A stretch of DNA of 52,907 bases, the filler included, from Sphacelaria rigidula (taxonomy: Eukaryota): the NCBI GenBank assembly GCA_964200075.2. It is 3 parts of 3 records of this genome, joined end to end, with 100 filler letters (N's around TTAATTAATTAA, not from the genome) between each part and the next. Parts side by side here need not be neighbours in the genome. Positions count along the whole stretch, not along the records: positions 35,344 to 52,907 come from CAXNAA020001041.1; 2 more parts are not named here. The stretch is one strand, 5' to 3'. The notes under the pieces are model-generated. The model searched no databases and had not been told where the DNA came from. It saw only the letters and a program-made list of their open reading frames with translations. Positions within the stretch are counted from its first letter, which is position 1, and each line of letters opens with the position of its first letter. The position numbers were made by a program, and so were the translations under genes. Of this stretch, positions 45,683-52,907 are shown one piece after another.

Positions 45683-48080
45683 TCACCTCCGACAGTTTTT
45701 CCACGGGCTGTTATCGCACACCCACTCGTCGTCATGGTAGCGGTCATTGTACGAGCGCTTTTGTCCACGATTGCTACTGCTGTATTCATCGCTCGTATCG
45801 GCCACGTTCTCCAACGGAGGAGGGGTTGCTGCGCGGGCAGCAGCCGCCCCTCCGGATCCCCCGTGCGTCGGCGACGAAACCTGTACTGTCGGCGCCCTGG
45901 CGGCTGCCTCCAGTTGCTCTTTCAAACCTCCGGGAAAGTTGAGCTTGGCTCCTTCGGCAAAATGTTCCACGGCGGCATGATCGTAGGCACGCGCTGCGTC
46001 GAACTCGCTGTCGAACACGCCAAGGTACTTTTGCTTGCGCCCGATGTAAATCACCGCGCGCCATTTGCCCGCGCGCGTGATGCACACGCCTTTGAAGCGG
46101 GACTGTCCACGAGGACCACGACGGCCCGATGCCTGAACGCGGGGTGGACCTCCGGCGGCCGGCGACGAGACCGGTCCGAGTGACGGAGAACTGTTTGCGG
46201 AGCTGGGAGCAATAGCGGCAGCGGCTACGGCTGCGAGGGTGTCCACGCCGCCGGGGTGCTGTTGCGCGGGCACGCCGGCGAGCATGCGCTGTGGGAGGGT
46301 GGCCAGCAGGCAGGCAGCATCGGCCGTGCTGCCGCTGTAGGCCGGACCCCCGCCCGCCGCCTCCGCGCCGCCCCGGCGGTGGTGCTTGGGCTTGGGCTCT
46401 GCCGCAGCGTCGTAGGTCGGTGACTGGTAAAAGGAGCTGGAGCTGGAGGGACTGTAGGACCTACCGCCGCAGCTGGGGTGTAGGGGGGTGCGGTACATGC
46501 TGAGGTTGGAAGAGGACACATGTTCAGCGTGGTCAGTCTTGGGTCTCTTGGACGGGCTGGAATTACCAACACCCCCTGCCCCAGCGACTCCCGCGGAGTT
46601 ACTCGTGCCACTGGCACCAACCAGCTCCTCCTGCGCACGAAGCTCAAGATACACCGCACCCAGCAGGTTCTCCCAGTCAGACTTCTTGCGGAGAGGGGAC
46701 TTGCTAGCAACCCCAACGTCACGCGCCGTTCGGGTGCGGGCGGCCGCCGGAGACGACGCAGCCGCTGTGTATTTCTTGACTGCGGGGGTAGTGTCGTCTT
46801 CAACAGAAATTACACCCTCTGTTGCCGAACCCCGCGACCGATCTTTGCCCCACCCGCCGCTTCCACCACTGGTCTGCGAGTCGTTGTCGTTGTTGGCGCC
46901 AGAAACTTGGCAGGAGATCGGGCGGGTGGAGTTGGAGCGGGGAATCCGCGTCGGGGCCGGCGCTTCGGGCTCATCGTAGGGGAACGATTCCGTCACGTTT
47001 GCATACCCGGGCCCAGCGGCTCCGCTGCGGGGGTACGGCGAAGCTGTCTGGCCGGCAGTGGAGAAGGCTCTCGGGGACGGGGATTGGCGCTGTGAGATGC
47101 TGCGTCCCTCCGCTCCCAGATATCGTGCTGTGTAGGGCATCGAGCCGGTGGGGAATCCAAATGACCGGGTGTCCATGCCAGGATCGGACGGAATCTTGGG
47201 CAGTATTGATGAACTGAGGGCATGAGGGCACGCAGGAGGATAGAGGGGAGGGGGGGGGGGGGGAAGGTGCCAAGGTGAGCATGGTGACGCGAGTGAATGA
47301 CTTCTGACTGGGTATCAGTGCGGTTTGAGACGGCAAGTTTGTGGTGACATGGAAGAGGGCGCGAAGGCAAAAAGTACTGATGTTGGCGTCACATGCATCC
47401 TGCTCAAAGAAACAGTAAAAATGCTGAATATGTCATCTCGAGCATGTGTAAACATGATCAGCTGAAGGGATACACGTGGAGCAGCTTTATCTACCAGATC
47501 GGCACAAAAACCGAGCTCAACTTGAAACATGTACAGCTGTGTCCACCCCCTGTACTACTGCAGCCGGGCCGTGGCGGTGGTGGCGGAGGCTGCGGCGCAG
47601 GGGCTGGTTGTGAATTCGAACAAGAAGTCACAACTATTTGGCCTGGCGGGTACCAAGGTCATCCTGGTGCATATTGTTCCCCGCACTCTCCGCTGTAGAA
47701 GTACCCCTAGAGAATACAATCGTACCCCGAGACACTTTAATCAATCGGTGAGAAAAAAGATTGTACCGAGGCCAGACCTCGGACCGCAAATTAATGGAGG
47801 TCTTCTCGGAGGACGTACAGGTCATGTATCCACGGCGCATGGGTTGATTAGGCCCGGGGGGGGCGACGCCCGACCAGGAGAGCACAGCACGCTTTTTTAC
47901 CCGTCGCTCCGACAAGGAGAGAACACGAATTTCAAACGATGATGATTTTCCATTCATTTTCGGTGGTTGAGTTTTACTTCTGGTGTCTCCAAGAAAGCAG
48001 GATTAGCCAGCGGAGAGAAATAAAAACGAACCTGAGGAAGTTGTTTTGGAGGCTCACCTCTCTGCGATGAGGGCGGTCAT
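45683..48080 (-). CDS. AP2/ERF-domain transcription factor (single AP2 domain, about 517 aa)
   Basis: Main exon 45683-47213 contains SRFKGVCITRAGKWRAVIYIGRKQKYLGVFDSEFDAARAYDHAAVEHFAEGAKLNFP. The probable first coding exon 48058-48080 (gccATG ACC GCC...GAG AG|gtgagc) joins in phase 2 to cctcag|T TCA TCA. An alternative start is the ATG at 47176. Confidence 0.9.
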
Positions 48081-50992
48081 GGCTTGTAGTTCTCTGGACT
48101 TGTTCACGGTTATCAGGTGATGCTTGTGGTGGTATGGCTGGTGCTTGCTTTCGCTGGTGCTTTCGCTGGTGCTTCTGCTGATGTCTTGCCGTGTTCGTTG
48201 TTTTTGGCTTGTTCACCTTGAAATTGAGAATTGATGAGTTGTGTGTTTTGATGGGGAGGGGGGTGGTGTTCGGGGCATAAGCCGAGAATATTTAATCATG
48301 AGGTTTTAGTGTGTGATACTAATTTCTCGTATCATTTCTAGAATATGGAACTACACCTAGCGGTTTTTTCAAAAAAATCGAACATTTTTCTGTGGTGGTC
48401 TCTCCGCGAAACATGCACCACATGACCGCATTTTTTTATTGATTCATGATTATACATGCAGCTCTTGGACCAAACCTCTCCGCACATAGTGCAGCTCTGG
48501 GTCTACAGGAAGAACGCATGTGATCAGTTTCTCCTCCAGATTTAGCATCTGTCTCTCCTCATACGGCGCACATGAAAGCATGGCATGCAGCAGGATCATC
48601 TACTGCGTAAGCTTGAGGGTCGTCTTTTCTCAGTTTCAACTTTTGACGTTCTATTTTTTACCCGTTCACCATTCAAATGTTCAATTAATTTGGTTCCTGG
48701 GGTAGCATCACCGGTCGGTATATACAGGCATGTTTGCAAGCCCTTGATGTCTTGGGAAATTGAACAGTCATCACGTCATAACGGAGCAGTATTTGGTCGC
48801 TGTGTCATGATCTCATCGGTTTGTTTGTTCTTGCCAGTACGAGTGGAATAATAAAGCTGGCCAAAAGATCATGCGCAGAACAGACGTAGACGCCTGGAAT
48901 CATTGTGCGCTCCACGTGGATGTCCGATACGGGGAAAGTGTACTGTATAGGGATCCCCATTACGTCAGCAACCAAACACGTTGTCACGATTTGTTGCGCG
49001 AGCGCTCATCACCACTCAGCGAAAATGGAGACAGACAAAAGGAGAGTCCCCGCATCTTCATGTTCTCGCTCGTCAGAATAGTTGTTTTTCGGTAACGGCT
49101 TTTGTTTTGCCACCTTGCCCAGCCACGAAGGGCTACTGTCTGTACATGCATCATCACTGATTATGCTCTCGTATACTGTTGTCACTCAATGGAAATGGAC
49201 AGGTCAAAAGGTCATTGTTGTTTTTCAAATAGAGAGGAGTTGGGTAACATCACTGTAAGGCAGAAGCCAGGAGCTCAACCTCTGGCTCGACAGCGAATTA
49301 TTCCCCTTCCTTGATTGCTTCGTGAATCTTGTCCATCGCATCGCATCAACATGTGCTACATGTGTTCCACATGTCAACCGAGGACCAATGATTTCAGACA
49401 GCGGACAAAATACGTACCCCGCTGGACCAAAAAATGGTTCTTGTTTTGTGGACACCATTACATGATGCGTCAACGAATGCGTGCTCAATTTCGAGGGTGT
49501 GGGGCCTCGCCTCTCGCGAAAAAATGAATCTAAAAATCTGTCCGCAGAACTTCTTCTTTACTGCCAGGACACGTGGATCATACTTGCGGCAGACCCACCC
49601 ACGTCTCTCGTTCGTTCAGGTTCTCCCGCTCGTTCGTTGGATGCTACTGCTCCTCTCCTGTCTGTATTACCATGCATACCAAGGGGCTGGCTACCTAAAA
49701 TACGATGAACCCTCTCAGTTGGTTAGAACGCAACGGAACATACATGAACATCCGCTCTGGGGATGATGTGCGTGACCCAGCGTGCATGATGGAGCGGGTA
49801 AAACTGCCTCGCCAACAACATGTTACACATGTACGAAGAATATGCTGTAGCAAGCTCATGCCCGCGCACACGTGTTAGCTGTGCTTAAAAATATCGTACC
49901 CCTCTCATCTCTGTCTGCGGTTTTGCATGTTTTCATGTTTACCGGTAACCACCGGGAAGTTTTCCTATCTCACCTGGCCCCAGTCTAATAATGACAGTTC
50001 GGTAGCTAAATCACTGTAGCACCTACTTTTATCTCGAGAGTGGTGAGTGCAATGATACTTCGTGATGGCCGGGTGATGGTTTCCGGTCAATGAACGGTGA
50101 ACGTTCGCTGCACTTCGTGCATGACCGGAGTATCATCCCGTATGCATTACAACTCAGCAACGCCCACCATCGATTTATTATAATTTTTCTCCATCATCAA
50201 TGAATAACACCAACGCAATACCTGTAACCAGTCTACAGGGATTTTCTGGAGGGCACCAAACTCAATTGCGCGTTGATCTGATTGATCGTTCGGTCGGCGC
50301 AAATTATGAAATACTCAGTAATGTATTCGTCCGTTATTCCTTTCGAGAGTGAGGTTCATACATCTATACAATGATGATTCAACATGATCACAATTGAAGA
50401 ACGAATTGAAGGGGAGCGAGCGATGCTGGGGGGAAGCAATTATACCTGGCAATGCTGTTGTTATTACTGTTGTTGTAGCAGCAGCAGTTGTTCCACGTGG
50501 TGACCGTACGACATTATCAGCTTTTACTTCCGATATAATTGGTGCATTTGTACAAGCCAGTCATTTCTGCGATTACTGCGGTGGTAGTAATAGCATTAAA
50601 GTATTACTACTACTCGTACACCGGTGCTGCCCACTATTCGAACCCATACGTACTTGTCGGTCGGTGGTACGAAGTATCCCTCAAATAGACTACACGATCG
50701 TGTGGACTGCAGACATAACGTCTGGACCAATACCTGCGTCTACCCACCCACTTCTACTACATTACTACTACATTAACACTAATATTTACTACAGCGGCGT
50801 GATGCCTGTACTTCTCGTATACCCTCCACCAATCTTGAATCTTGCTACCATCTCTTGTACGGGGACCACACGACCGCGGGAGGCACGCGAAATGCCGCAC
50901 ACGCACAACGACAGTAACAATGAGCAGTTCATGTGACATGAACGCGGTGTACTGCGTACAGTTTGAGAACACTGGAAATAATGTAACCTATG

Positions 50993-51101
50993 TTGACCCT
51001 TACACGGCGAGAGAAGGTCATCTGTTGAATCGACAAAAACTTCAGTTGAAAAATGTATGCATGATCCAGGTGGACTATTCTCCTCGCGGTCTAAGAGTTA
51101 A
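50993..51101 (+). mobile_element. piggyBac-like MITE (diverged)
   Basis: ttga-cccttacacggcgagag...cgcggtctaagag-ttaa; aligns with the other three copies. Confidence 0.75.
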
Positions 51102-52907
51102 AAATGGTAATGGTATGTCTGTATTTTATGAGCCAATTGGAGAATTGCATACATGGTGCATCCACGGCTCGGGCTGCTAGCGAATCTTGACCCTCGAACT
51201 TTGTTCAGCAGACCCGAATAAACAGTATTATTTCGCGTATTGGGGGGGTCATGCTACATGTGAACGCCGTTCTACGTTCATGAGCGGGGTATTTTTCTCT
51301 CTACCCTCGAAGTTCCGGTTGGTGTCTACCGTTTGTTCCATCATTCGGTTGTCAAACTACCGACGGGTGCAATTTTCCAATTTTGTGCATGACTTCATTA
51401 ACGTGAGAAAATCCACCGAATAGCAATAATACAGCTCTATAACTTGAGAGATATTAGATCTTGTCATGGAGAGGAGGACTCGAACTTAAAAAAATACATA
51501 CATACCTGTACATCGTATAATAGTTGAAAAAAAGAACAAGCAGGCGTTCCTTTGATTGACGTACATGAACTCAAATTCAACGACCATTATTATAGTGCTC
51601 CTTCGCAGTGAACAAACGTCGACCGTCAGGGTGGGCATTTGAGTTGTTTTTCAAGTGAAAATGATGCCGACTCGACAAATGGCAAGCCCTGTCGGCCAGA
51701 AGGTCAAGAGTTACAGATTGCCGGAGCGGTCACTGCTTGCCAACCGACTTCAATTGGAAATGATTTTTTAGTTTCATTCAAAGTTCAGGGTAGTGGCACA
51801 TAGATGATGAACATGAACGAGAGATTCGTTCAGAAGCTCATGACAATCAAACAACAAGCGGTTAATCAAAAAGAAATCATCACACCGTACAGTACCCCGA
51901 ACCCGAATCTCAAATCTCCTCTGCGTCTCGAGAAGTCACGTCAGTAAATGATTGAGAGGGCAGGCGTGATACGCGAACAATCTTGACACAATCCAGCTCG
52001 CGACCAAACGTACCATTAATAGACAACACGAGCGACGCCTATGTGCATGCATGAAATACTGCATACATAAAACGACGGTAATGACAACAACAACAACAAC
52101 GACAATACAGTAACAACACCCAAGGATCAATGTACCATGCGAGGTTCACTGCGTTACATAGACCGTTGTGCATAGCCTCGTCAACGAACGTGTCACTATA
52201 TTTGCACACCGATGAAACATATCTTGTTATAGAACATTATACAACCTCATTATTTGAATTACTCCTGCGCTACGTTCGTTATGAACTCGGTCGAGGACAC
52301 ACATGTCAGCGACAAGCTCACGTGAACTTGTATGCATGCCTGCAAACATCGTTGTTTCTTTTCCGCGATGTGACGTGGGGCACGAAGAAGCCTGAACACT
52401 TGCAAGTACGCGAAAATTAAAGTTCAACATTCGTTCATTCTCCGTCACTCCGCTTCCTCTTCGGGCCGCCAAAGAATACACCGTCGAGTATTCACGTAGG
52501 CTTTTCTCGGTCGAAAATGCACACATGCGTACGTGCATGATCCGTGGAATCGTCCGAATTTCGCTACCTAGTTTCATGAGTCAGAGACTCGAACATCCGT
52601 GTCGACATGACAAGCCTGAGGACGATAACGAATGCCCCGCTCGTACCTCCCGCTGGGCAGTTGACACGACAAGCGCGGCAGCACGCAGGTGTTCTCGACA
52701 GTCAGCACACTCTGGGAATATGCATACGCCGCAGGTGTACACAATGAGTCGGACGCCCGAATAAAGCTTTGATCGGCGAGGTGACACAAACTTTAATCGA
52801 GTACAAACAGCGCCGACTAAGTTCTTCGCGCCCGACCGCCCCCGATCGCAAGCCCAACAGAGAGGGGAGCCGGACGCGCACGCCCCCTCCCCCCGACCAC
52901 GCCTGCC

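Noticed and set aside
48500-52907. ORFs at the right end, including 50394-50936
   Set aside because: No domain signal; partly microsatellite-derived; likely upstream intergenic DNA of the AP2 gene.

Overview
Eukaryotic genomic DNA, most likely from a brown alga (Phaeophyceae). That assignment is inferred from the many GT-AG introns, long intergenic and UTR tracts, AP2 genes of non-plant architecture and a dense TE landscape. There are three N gaps, two carrying a TTAATTAATTAA linker. Positions 1-20 kb hold no intact gene. They are a nested graveyard of mobile DNA: TIR/foldback elements with internal tandem arrays, a tRNA-derived SINE family, piggyBac-like TTAA MITEs and CACACCCTGG-terminal MITEs. 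Positions 21.6-48.1 kb hold four genes. (1) A minus-strand gene of at least 11 exons, phase-consistent when spliced by hand (about 1355 aa, start uncertain), with the architecture PHD - AP2 - AP2 - split ELM2 - SANT; this is the most interesting object in the window. (2) The first exon of a divergently transcribed, signal-peptide, Cys-rich protein. (3) The 3' exons of an ankyrin-repeat protein. (4) A minus-strand single-AP2 transcription factor (about 517 aa). Most short ORFs in the supplied track are spurious. All gene models are manual and untested against RNA data.
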